Assembly: GCA_963850555.1 (NCBI GenBank)
Contig: CAWKLT010000023.1
Coordinates: 3,257-67,256 of the forward strand
DNA length: 64,000 nucleotides
Origin: an uncultured Chloroflexia bacterium
GTDB lineage: Bacteria > Chloroflexota > Limnocylindria > Limnocylindrales > CSP1-4
Direction of reading: 5' to 3'
The notes beneath the pieces are model-generated. The model made no database searches and was not told the DNA's origin. It worked only from the letters and a program-made list of their open reading frames with translations. Of the stretch, positions 55,756 to 64,000 are shown in pieces. The number at the start of each line of letters is the position of its first letter. Within the stretch, counting starts at the first letter, position 1. The translations under genes were made by a program, and so were the position numbers.

Positions 55756-57221
55756 CGCGTCCCTCCGGCAGCCGGCATCCTTGCGCCATCCGCTTCGGCC
55801 GCGGCACCCGCGCCGACCGGCTGACCGCCGCCCGCGCCGCCCTCGACCCCGACCGGGGGCCGGCCGGCGACGACCTCGCCGAACGCGGCCACGAACCGCG
55901 CGATGTCGCCGGAGGTGGTGAGCTCGGTGGCGCACAGGAGCAGGCCGTCGGCCAGGCTCGGATCGTCGGGCTCGACGTCGGCGAGGACCAGACCGGCAAG
56001 GAAGCCGCGCTCGATCAGCCGGCGGTGGACGACTCGCGCGTCGGCGACGCGGACCGCGAACTCGTTCAGGTACGGGCCCCCGTGGAGCCGCTCGATCCCG
56101 ATGGCCGCCAGCCCGGCCTCGAGCTCCGCCGCCCTGGCGGCACCGGCCGCGGCGACGTCGCGCAGGCCATGCGGGCCGATCGTCGCGAGGTAGATCGAGG
56201 CGGCCAGGGCCAGCAGGGCCTGGTTCGTGCAGATGTTGCTCGCCGCCTTGTCGCGGCGGATGTCCTGCTCGCGCGCGCGAAGCGTCATCACGAAGGCCCG
56301 CTGGCCATCGAGGTCCGTGGTCATGCCGACGAGCCGACCGGGGATCTGACGGACGAGCGCATCCGTGGATGCGAGGATGCCCAGGTACGGACCGCCGTAC
56401 TGCGGCGCGATGCCGAGCGGCTGGCCCTCGCCGGCCGCGATATCCGCGCCGTACGCCCCGGGTGGCGCGAGGACCGCCAGCGAGACCGGCTCGATGACCG
56501 CCACGAACAGGGCCCCGGCGGCATGAGCGAGCTCCCCGATCCGCGGCATCGGCTCCAGGAGCCCGAGGAAATCCGGGTTCGCGGCGATCACCCCGGCCAC
56601 GGGCCGGTCCGCCTCGGCGAGCATCGCCTCCAGCGCGGCCAGGTCGGTGGTCCCGGCCGCCTCGCCCTCGGCGACAACGGGGATCTCGTCGAGCTCGAGC
56701 CCGCCCCCGAAGTACGTCCGGAGCGTGGCCCGGTAGTGGGGATGGACGCCTCGGCTGACGAGCACGCGTTCGCGCCGGGTCGCCCGGCACGTCATGAGCG
56801 CAGCCTCGGCCGTGGCCGCGGCACCGTCGTAGTGCGAGGCAGAGACCACGTCGAGATCGACGAGCTCGGCCAGCAAGGACTCGTACTCGTAGATCGACTG
56901 CAGCGTCCCCTGCGAGACCTCGGGCTGGTACGGGGTGTAGGCCGTGTACCACTCGCCGCGGAGCAACAGCTGGTCGACGGCCGGCGGGCTCCAGTGGCGG
57001 TAGACGCCGGCGCCCAGGAAGGACACGAGGTCCGTCCGGTTGCGGCCGGCGAGGTCCCGCAGGCGGGCTGCCAGCTCCAGTTCGGGCTCAGGCTCCGGCA
57101 GGTCCAGGGGCGACGCCCGCAGCTCCTTCGGGATGTCGGCGAACAGCTGGTCGACGCTCTCGAGGCCGAGCGCCGTCAGCATCCGCTGGCGGTCGGCGCT
57201 CGTGTGAGGTCCGTACGGCAT
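55752..57221 (-). CDS. gcvPA: Glycine dehydrogenase (decarboxylating) subunit 1 (GcvPA)
   Basis: 489 aa. MPYGPHTSADRQRMLTALGLESVDQLFADIPKELR…FLGAGVYRHWSPPAVD…TAYTPYQPEVSQGTLQ…GGPYLGILAS…. Confidence 0.92.
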   Translation of the reverse strand: MPYGPHTSADRQRMLTALGLESVDQLFADIPKELRASPLDLPEPEPELELAARLRDLAGRNRTDLVSFLGAGVYRHWSPPAVDQLLLRGEWYTAYTPYQPEVSQGTLQSIYEYESLLAELVDLDVVSASHYDGAAATAEAALMTCRATRRERVLVSRGVHPHYRATLRTYFGGGLELDEIPVVAEGEAAGTTDLAALEAMLAEADRPVAGVIAANPDFLGLLEPMPRIGELAHAAGALFVAVIEPVSLAVLAPPGAYGADIAAGEGQPLGIAPQYGGPYLGILASTDALVRQIPGRLVGMTTDLDGQRAFVMTLRAREQDIRRDKAASNICTNQALLALAASIYLATIGPHGLRDVAAAGAARAAELEAGLAAIGIERLHGGPYLNEFAVRVADARVVHRRLIERGFLAGLVLADVEPDDPSLADGLLLCATELTTSGDIARFVAAFGEVVAGRPPVGVEGGAGGGQPVGAGAAAEADGARMPAAGGTR

Positions 57222-57229
57222 CGACTCGA

Positions 57230-57613
57230 TCAGCCAGCCGCGACGAGCTCGTCGTAGGCCTCGCCATCGAGCAGGTCATCGAGCTGGTCCGGGCTCGCGA
57301 TCCGCAGTTTGAGCATCCAGCCCTCGCCGTAGGGATCGCTGTTCACGAGCTCCGGATCGGACGCGAGCGCGCCGTTGATCGCGGTGACCTCGCCGGACAC
57401 GGGCGCGAAGAGGTCGCTCACCGCCTTGACCGATTCGACGACGCCGAACGGCTTGGCCTCCTCGAGGTCGCGGCCGGCGTCGGGCAGCTCGACGAACACG
57501 ATGTCCCCGAGCTGGTCGGCCGCGTACTGCGTGATCCCGACGGTCGCCTCGTCGCCGTCGACCCGGACCCACTCGTGGTCACGGGTATAGCGGAGATCGT
57601 TTGGTGCGGTCAC
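57230..57613 (-). CDS. gcvH: Glycine cleavage system H protein
   Basis: GTG at 57613 with GGAGGA upstream. …LRYTRDHEWVRVDGDEATVGITQYAADQLGDIVFVELP…GVVESVKAVSDLFAPVSGEV… (lipoyl-Lys in the ESVKA context). Confidence 0.9.
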   Translation of the reverse strand: MTAPNDLRYTRDHEWVRVDGDEATVGITQYAADQLGDIVFVELPDAGRDLEEAKPFGVVESVKAVSDLFAPVSGEVTAINGALASDPELVNSDPYGEGWMLKLRIASPDQLDDLLDGEAYDELVAAG

Positions 57614-57614
57614 G

Positions 57615-58736
57615 TCAGGTGGTCCTCCGATAGAACGGCAATGGCACGACCCGCGCGGCGACGCGCGCGTCACGGATCTCGACATCGAGGGCGGTCCCGG
57701 CTTCGGTGTCCGTCGGGGCGACGTAGGCCATCGCGATCGGTACGCCGAGCGTGGGTGACTGCGTCCCGCTGGTGATGACCCCGGTCCGTCGTTCGCCGGC
57801 ATGGACCGGATAGCCATGACGGGCGATGCCGCGGCCTTCCATGGTCAGGCCGACGAGGCGCTTCTTCGGACCTTCGGCCGCGACGCGCTCCAGGGCGGCA
57901 CGTCCGACGAAATCGCCCGGCTTGTCGAGCTTCACGACGCGACCCAGCCCGGCCTCGAACGGGTTCGTCGCGGCATCGAGCTCGTTGCCATACAGGGGCA
58001 TGCCGGCCTCCAGCCGCAGGGTATCGCGCGCACCCAGGCCGACTGGCAGCCCGTCGGCGCCTCGCACAGCGTCCAGCAGCGCGTCCCACAGCTCCCCGAC
58101 CCGGCTCGTCTCGACGAACACCTCGAAGCCGTCCTCGCCGGTGTAGCCGGTCCGGCCGACCTGCGCGGGGATCCCCGCGACGGTGCCCTCGGCCATGGCG
58201 TAGTAGCGCAGGCCCGCGAGGTCCACATCGGTGTGCGGGCTCAGGACATCCACGGAGCGCGGTCCCTGCACCGCGACGAGGCCCGTCGCGAGGGACTGGT
58301 CGTCGAGCACGGCCCGAGCGCCTCCGAGGCGTTCCGCGAGCGCGTCCGACACGACCTGGGCATTGCCGGCGTTGGCGACGACCATGAACCGGTCCTCGGC
58401 GAGGCGATAGATGATCAGGTCGTCGATGATGCCGCCGTCGGCGGCGCAGATCATCGAGTAATGCGCGCGCCCGATCGCGAGAGCCGGCGGGTTCGTGACG
58501 ACGGCGCCGGCCAGCGCCAAGCCGGCATCGGGTCCCTCGACGAGGAGCTCGCCCATGTGCGAGAGGTCGAACAGGCCGACGCGCTCGCGGACCGCGCGAT
58601 GCTCCTCGATGATCGAGGTGTACTGGACCGGCATCCGCCAGCCCGAGAATTCGATCATCCGAGCGTGCAGCGCGGTATGGCGGTTCGCGAGCGGCGTCTC
58701 GAGAACGGCGTGGCCCTTGACCGCGGCGTCGGTCAC
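57615..58736 (-). CDS. gcvT: Glycine cleavage system aminomethyltransferase T
   Basis: 373 aa. …LANRHTALHARMIEFSGWRMPVQYTSIIEEHRAVRERVGLFDLSHMGEL…GRTGYTGEDGFE…ARDTLRLEAGMPLYGNEL…. Confidence 0.92.
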   Translation of the reverse strand: MTDAAVKGHAVLETPLANRHTALHARMIEFSGWRMPVQYTSIIEEHRAVRERVGLFDLSHMGELLVEGPDAGLALAGAVVTNPPALAIGRAHYSMICAADGGIIDDLIIYRLAEDRFMVVANAGNAQVVSDALAERLGGARAVLDDQSLATGLVAVQGPRSVDVLSPHTDVDLAGLRYYAMAEGTVAGIPAQVGRTGYTGEDGFEVFVETSRVGELWDALLDAVRGADGLPVGLGARDTLRLEAGMPLYGNELDAATNPFEAGLGRVVKLDKPGDFVGRAALERVAAEGPKKRLVGLTMEGRGIARHGYPVHAGERRTGVITSGTQSPTLGVPIAMAYVAPTDTEAGTALDVEIRDARVAARVVPLPFYRRTT

Positions 58737-59227
58737 GAGGCGGCTTCCGCCGCGCTGGCGCTGGCGGTGGTATCCCCACGATCGGTCGGTCCGACGCCGA
58801 GCAGGTCCGCCGCACGGGCGACGAGCGCGCGCTCGGTCTCGAAGGTCAGGATCGCAGCGGCCTCCCCGAAATCGATCCAGCGCACCTGGTCGAACTCGTG
58901 GTCATGCCGGTCGAGGTTGCCGCCCACGGGTTCCATCATGAAGTAGTGGACCGTCTTGTGGATCCGCGCACCGGACTGGACGAACCAGTATTCGATGTCC
59001 TGGAGCGGCCCGGTGATCCGGACGTCCAGGCCGGTCTCCTCGCCGACCTCGCGCAGGGCAGTCTCCTCGGTGGTCTCGCCGCGCTTGGGCGTGCCCTTGG
59101 GAAGGGTCCAGGTCCGACCGTCGCGTTCGCGGCGGCGACTGCCGATCACGAGTTGGGGTCGCCCGGCCTGATACCTGACGACGATGCCGCCGGCCGACGT
59201 GGCGGTCGCGGTCCTCAGGCGTGCCAC
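58733..59227 (-). CDS. NUDIX hydrolase
   Basis: 164 aa. The Nudix box is GTPKRGETTEETALREVGEETGL (Gx5Ex7REUxEExGU). The stop overlaps the gcvT ATG by 4 nt. GTG start; the frame stays open upstream, so the start is uncertain. Confidence 0.8.
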   Translation of the reverse strand: MARLRTATATSAGGIVVRYQAGRPQLVIGSRRRERDGRTWTLPKGTPKRGETTEETALREVGEETGLDVRITGPLQDIEYWFVQSGARIHKTVHYFMMEPVGGNLDRHDHEFDQVRWIDFGEAAAILTFETERALVARAADLLGVGPTDRGDTTASASAAEAAS

Positions 59228-59554
59228 GGCGCCGTCGCGGCGCGGGGACGCCGACCCGGTCCGGATCGTGCAGCACGAGCCCAGTGCATCTCGACCTCGG
59301 GCCGAAGCCGGCCGTTCTGGATGCGCGGTCGGGCAGCGCGGGGTCCACGCCAGCCCGCCCGAAGGCGGGCGTAGGGTCCGGCCTCCGAGCCGCGCAGCTC
59401 CGTCTGGCGCGCGGCCACGGCGGAGAACGACGAGGTCGGGACGAGGCCCAGCCGCCGCTCGCGAGCCCGGCTCGACGGGTGTACGAATCGCGCCGCCGGC
59501 CGAGCCGCGTACTTCGCGGCGATGCTGTGTCCCATGGGCCGCAATGGTAGCGCC

Positions 59555-60580
59555 TCAGTCGGCCCTTGCAAGCGCCGCGACGACGGTCGCCGTCATGGCG
59601 GCCGCGGTGTCCGGTGCCAGTGCGCCCCGGGCCTCGGCCAGGGCGATCTCGCGACGGGCGGCGGCGGCGTATAGCTCCAGGGCCGCTGGGGCATGCGCGG
59701 CCAGCGCCGCGAGGTGCGCCTCGAGCGTGCCGACATCGCCGCGGGTCATCGGGCCGGTCAGGGCGGCGCGGATCCCGAGTGCCCGGGCATTCCCCAGCGT
59801 GCCCTCGATGAGCGGCCCGTAGATCTGCAGCGAGCCGGCCTCGTCGAGGCCGGCGACCGCGCCGAGCTCCGCGATCGCGTCCAGCAGGGCCACGAACCCG
59901 CCGGCGGCGAGCACGGCCGCGGCGTGGTAGGCGGCCTTCGAGCCAGGTGCCAGGCGGACGGCCGTGGCGCCGACCCGTTCGGCCATCTGCGAGAGCAACG
60001 CAGCCAGCTGGTCGTCGCCCTCGATGGCGACGGTCGCGCCATGGAGCGCGGCGATCGCCCGTTCCGTGTCGGCGAAGGCCACCAGCGGGTGGAACGAACC
60101 GATCTGCGTGCCGGCCGCCATCGCCGGTTGCAGGACCTCCGCCCCGAGCGCCCCGCTCGTGTGGATCATCGCCTGGCCCCCGTACATGCGGACGCCGGCC
60201 GCCAGCGGCGCGATCACGTCGTCGGGCACGGCCAGGATGATCAGCTCGACCTCTTCCACGAGCGCCTGCGGCTCGATGAACGCGCGCGCCCCCTCGACGA
60301 GGCTCGTGAATCGCTCCCGGCGCGAGGCGTCACGGCTGGCGACGGCGTGGATCGGCCAGCCGGCCCGGCTCAGGGCCGTCCCGAGAGCCGTCCCGACCGC
60401 TCCTGCCCCGACGATCCCGGTGTAGGGCGTCTCGCCGGCCGCCGACTGGTGATGCGGATGGGCGTGGTCGCTCGGCGTGCGTCTCGTCGCCGTGGCGGTG
60501 CTGACCGTATGGGACCGGGTCGAGATCGATGCCGGCCTCGTCGATCGCGGCCTCCAGCTCGGCGCGCTCGCGCGCGGCAC
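59555..60580 (-). CDS. Rossmann-fold NAD(P)-binding protein with C-terminal DUF2520-type domain
   Basis: …YTGIVGAGAVGTALGTALSRAGWPIHAV (GxGxxG) …ILAVPDDVI…HTSGAL…SFHPL…AAYHAAAVLAAGG…LTGPMTRGDVGTLEAHLAAL…. The start is uncertain. An ATG at 60611 in another frame (MKAWGDLPGERAARERAELEAAIDEAGIDL…) could be the real N-terminus if a further indel lies near 60480. Confidence 0.65.
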   Translation of the reverse strand: MPRASAPSWRPRSTRPASISTRSHTVSTATATRRTPSDHAHPHHQSAAGETPYTGIVGAGAVGTALGTALSRAGWPIHAVASRDASRRERFTSLVEGARAFIEPQALVEEVELIILAVPDDVIAPLAAGVRMYGGQAMIHTSGALGAEVLQPAMAAGTQIGSFHPLVAFADTERAIAALHGATVAIEGDDQLAALLSQMAERVGATAVRLAPGSKAAYHAAAVLAAGGFVALLDAIAELGAVAGLDEAGSLQIYGPLIEGTLGNARALGIRAALTGPMTRGDVGTLEAHLAALAAHAPAALELYAAAARREIALAEARGALAPDTAAAMTATVVAALARAD

Positions 60581-60672
60581 GCTCGCCCGGGAGGTCTCCC
60601 CACGCCTTCATCGGTCGGTCTTCCGTCGGGCGCGGTACGCTTGCACGCATCGAGTGTAACGAGCCGACGGAG

Positions 60673-63520
60673 ATGGACGCGTTGTCACGGATCGACCCAT
60701 TCGGCGCGCGTGCGCCGCTCGGACCGGGCCTCCCGGACCTGTACCGCGTCTCGGCGGTCGACGACCTCACGGCGGGTTCCGGATTGCCGGTCACGGTCCG
60801 GATCCTGCTCGAGAATCTCCTCCGGCACGCGGGCGGCGGGATCGTCGCGACGGACGACGTGGAGACGCTCGCATCGTGGCGACCCGGTGTCGCCGCCGAG
60901 GCCGAGATCCCGTTCATGCCGTCGCGCGTGATCATGCAGGACCTGACGGGGGTGCCCGCGGTCGTGGACCTCGCGGTCATGCGCGACGCGATGGCGGACC
61001 TGGGCGGCGATCCCTCGCTGGTCAACCCGCTCGTGCCGGTGGACCTCGTGATCGACCACTCGGTCCACGTCGACCGCTTCGGGACGAGCGATTCCTTCGT
61101 CTTCAACGTCGAGCGCGAATACGACCGCAACGGGGAGCGCTACCAGCTGCTGCGCTGGGCGCAGACGGCCTTCCGGAACCTGCGGATCGTCCCGCCCGGC
61201 ACCGGCATCGTCCATCAGGTCAACCTGGAGTTCCTGGCACCGGTGATCGACGATCGCGATGGGGTCGCCTTCCCGGACACGCTCGTCGGGACCGACTCGC
61301 ACACCACGATGATCAACGCGCTCGGGGTGCTCGGGTACGGCGTCGGCGGCATCGAGGCCGAGGCGGCCCTGCTCGGGCAGCCCCTCTACCAGCCGATGCC
61401 CCACGTCGTCGGTGTCCGGCTCGCCGGGGAGCTGCCGAAGGGCTCCACCGCCACGGACCTCGTGCTCGTCGTGACCGAGATGCTCCGCCGCCACGGCGTC
61501 GTCGGGGCGTTCGTCGAGTTCACCGGCGACGGGCTCGCCGGCCTGTCCCTCGCCGACCGCGCGACGATCAGCAACATGAGCCCCGAGTTCGGGGCGACGG
61601 CCACGATGTTCCCGATCGACGACGAGACGATCTCCTACCTGCGCCTGACCGGCCGCTCGGCCGAGCGCGTCGCGCTCGTCGAGCGCTACGCCAAGGAGCA
61701 GGGCCTGTGGCGGGAACCCGGGGATGGCCCGACCTTCGATGAGCTCCTGACGCTGGACCTCGGGTCGGTGGAGCCCTCGCTGGCCGGTCCGCGCCGGCCG
61801 CAGGATCGGGTGCCGCTCGAGACCCTGCGCGAGAACTTCCGGACGAACTACCCGGACGGGCTGGAGGCGCCCGCATCGCCCGAGAAGCCGCTCAACGGCG
61901 ATGCCGTCACGGCCGCGTCGGCCGAGTCCTTTCCGGCGTCCGATCCGACACCGTTCGCGGCCGTCGGCGCGGACGGGGCCGTCGACCGACCGGCCGCCCC
62001 GGTCGTCGCCGACGCGTCACCCGTCGATCAGCGACGCTACCCCTCGGTCGACATCTCGGTCGGCGGGGAAACCGTGTCGATCCAGACGGGCTCGGTGGCG
62101 ATCGCAGCGATCACCTCCTGTACGAACACGTCCAATCCGACGGTCATGGTCGGCGCCGGCCTGTTGGCGCGCAACGCGATCGCCCGCGGCCTGAGCGTCG
62201 CGCCCACGGTCAAGACGTCGCTCGCGCCGGGATCGCGCGCGGTGACGGGCTACCTGGAGGCGGCCGGGCTCATGGCGCCGCTGGCGGAGCTCGGGTTCGC
62301 GCTGGCCGGCTACGGCTGCACGACGTGTATCGGCAACTCCGGGCCGCTCGACGCGCCCGTGGCCGAGGCCATCGAGCAGAACGACCTCGTGGTGGCGGCC
62401 GTGCTGTCGGGCAACCGCAACTTCGAGGGTCGGATCCACCCGCTCGCGCGCGCGAGCTATCTCGCGTCGCCGCCGCTGGTCGTGGCCTTCGCGCTCGCCG
62501 GCCGCGTCGACATCGACCTGACCACCGAGCCCCTCGGTGTGGGGAGCGATGGGTCGCCGGTCCACCTCGCCGACATCTGGCCGTCGCCCGATGAGATCCG
62601 CTCGGTCATCGCAGACTCGATCGACCCGGAGTTGTTCCGGAAGACCTACGCCGTGGTGTTCGAGGGCGATGATCGCTGGCGCGCGCTGCCGATCCCGGAA
62701 GGCGACCGGTACGCCTGGGATCCGGCCTCCACCTATGTCGCGAAGCCGCCCTTCTTCGAGGGGCTGTCGTTCTCCGCGGACGCGGTCGGCGACATCACCG
62801 GGGCGCGCGTGCTCGCCGTACTCGGCGACTCCGTCACGACGGACCACATCTCACCGGCGGGCTCGATCGCCCCTTGGTCGCCGGCCGGCCAGTGGCTCCA
62901 GGATCGCGGCGTCGGGCCGCTCGAGTTCAACTCCTACGGCGCGCGTCGCGGCCATCACGAGGTGATGATGCGCGGCACGTTCGGCAACATCCGGCTGCGC
63001 AACCGGCTGGCCGGAGAGAAGGAGGGCCCCTACACGGTCCACATGCCCTCGGGTCGAGGAGATGTTCATCTACGACGCCGCCATCCGATACGCCGCCGAG
63101 GGCGTGCCGCTGGTCGTGCTGGTCGGACGGGAGTACGGATCTGGATCGTCACGGGACTGGGCCGCCAAGGGCACCGCCCTCCTCGGCGTCAGGGCCGTGA
63201 TCGCCGAGTCCTACGAACGGATCCACCGCTCCAACCTGGTCGGGATGGGGGTGCTGCCGCTCCAGTACAAGCCGGGCGACACCGCGTCGTCGCTCGGCCT
63301 CACCGGGCGCGAGACGTTCTCCGTGCTGGGGCTCGCGGCAGGGCTGTCGCCGCGCCAGTCCGTGACCGTCGTCGCCACCCGCGATCCGGCGGCAGGCGGT
63401 GATGGAAGCGAGACCCGGTTCGAGGCGATCGCCCGGCTGGACGGCCCCATCGAGGTCGACTACTACGAGGGCGGCGGCATCCTGCCCGCGGTCCTGCGGC
63501 GACTGGCCAGCGAGGTCTAG
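60673..63520 (+). pseudogene. acnA: Aconitate hydratase A, one frame break (~63053-63055)
   Basis: MDALSRIDPFGAR…PSRVIMQDLTGVPAVVDLAVMRDAM…VIDHSVHVD…GTDSHTTMINALGVLGYGVGGIEAEA…ITSCTNTSNP…GYGCTTCIGNSGPL…LSGNRNFEGRIHP…YTVHMPSG is in ORF 60529.. It continues as [39 protein letters not shown]…[21 protein letters not shown]… in ORF 63062..63520. Confidence 0.92.
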
Positions 63521-63588
63521 GCGCGCGAGGCGGCGCCGCCGGCAGCCCAGGCGTAGCGAGATGGGGCCTACAGCCCGAGACACGAAGA

Positions 63589-63613
63589 AGCCCTCGGGGG
63601 AGGACCGAGGGCT
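63589..63613 (+). terminator. Hairpin downstream of acnA (possible terminator, no U-tract)
   Basis: AGCCCTCGG-gggaggac-CCGAGGGCT forms a perfect 9-bp stem, 69 nt after the acnA stop. Confidence 0.35.
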
Positions 63614-63709
63614 CCATCGCGGAGGAGGATGTCGTCGTTGTCGTCACCTATCGGACGCGGAACTCCGCCGCGGCGTGACGCGGGCTTCCGAGCGTAGATT
63701 CTCCGGCTC

Positions 63710-64000
63710 ATGACCACTGACGCCCGGACCGTCCAGCGCACGTACCTCGTGCTCACCCTGCTGACGACGCTGGCTTCGTCGTTCATCTGGGGCATCAACA
63801 CGCTCTTCCTGCTCGACGCGGGTCTGAGCAACACGGAGGCGTTCGCTGCGAACGCCTTCTTCGCCGTCGGCCAGGTCATCTTCGAAGTGCCGACGGGCGT
63901 CGTCGCCGACACGCGCGGCCGGCGCTTCTCGTTCCTGCTCGGGTACCGTGACCCTGCTCGCCTCGACCCTCCTGTATCTGGTGATGTGGCAGATCCACGC
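63710..64000 (+). pseudogene. MFS-type transporter, 5' part (runs off the window); probable frame break near 63940
   Basis: The ATG at 63710 gives MTTDARTVQRTYLVLTLLTTLASSFIWGINTLFLLDAGLSNTEAFAANAFFAVGQVIFEVPTGVVADTRGRRFSFLLG (MFS motif-A-like DxxGRR). After ctcGGGtacc the hydrophobic continuation (G)TVTLLASTLLYLVMWQIH is in the next frame. Confidence 0.6.

Noticed and set aside
58700-59600. Glycine riboswitch expected upstream of gcvT.
   Set aside because: gcvT overlaps the nudix gene, and the region upstream of nudix lacks the GGAGAG / CCGAAGGRGCAA core on the relevant strand.

Overview
This is a very GC-rich bacterial chromosomal segment. Protein signatures look like a high-GC Gram-positive or Chloroflexi-type organism, but the taxon cannot be fixed from the sequence alone. 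It consists almost entirely of housekeeping operons.

Gene content, in order:
- groES-groEL with a CIRCE operator, then tatD and metG.
- A ~12 kb translationally coupled, Wzm/Wzt (ABC-transporter)-dependent glycan biosynthesis cluster (5546-17441).
- A ~13.4 kb co-directional purine operon on the minus strand (30825 down to 17454): purA-purD-purB-purC-purS-purQ-purL-purF-purM-purN-purH.
- A TM-GGDEF-HD-GYP c-di-GMP protein, ssb, and a Ca2+/H+ exchanger.
- An unassigned membrane protein, rsmI, and a split CN-hydrolase + NadE pair.
- Two mirror-oriented Opp/Dpp-type ABC loci with three family-5 binding proteins.
- nudix-gcvT-gcvH-gcvPA-gcvPB, a DUF2520 Rossmann protein, aconitase, and the start of an MFS gene.

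I saw no rRNA, tRNA, CRISPR array, transposase, integrase or phage genes.

Major caveat: by my reading there are about 27 indel-type frame breaks in at least 16 otherwise well-conserved genes. Most of those I resolved at nucleotide level sit in or next to short G/C runs. Several long ORFs in the supplied track are therefore chimeras of neighbouring genes.

Items worth a second look:
- A 1203-aa GT2-GT4-(methyltransferase-like)-kinase fusion, which together with a Wzt carrying a C-terminal glycan-binding domain and a stand-alone methyltransferase suggests cap-terminated glycan export.
- A family-5 solute-binding protein whose usual N-terminal module sits at its C-terminus (apparent circular permutation).
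- An orphan intrinsic terminator and ~180-nt non-coding leader upstream of purA.
- A purN-purH junction with no stop codon.

I found no clear-cut undescribed multi-gene system such as a defence island.
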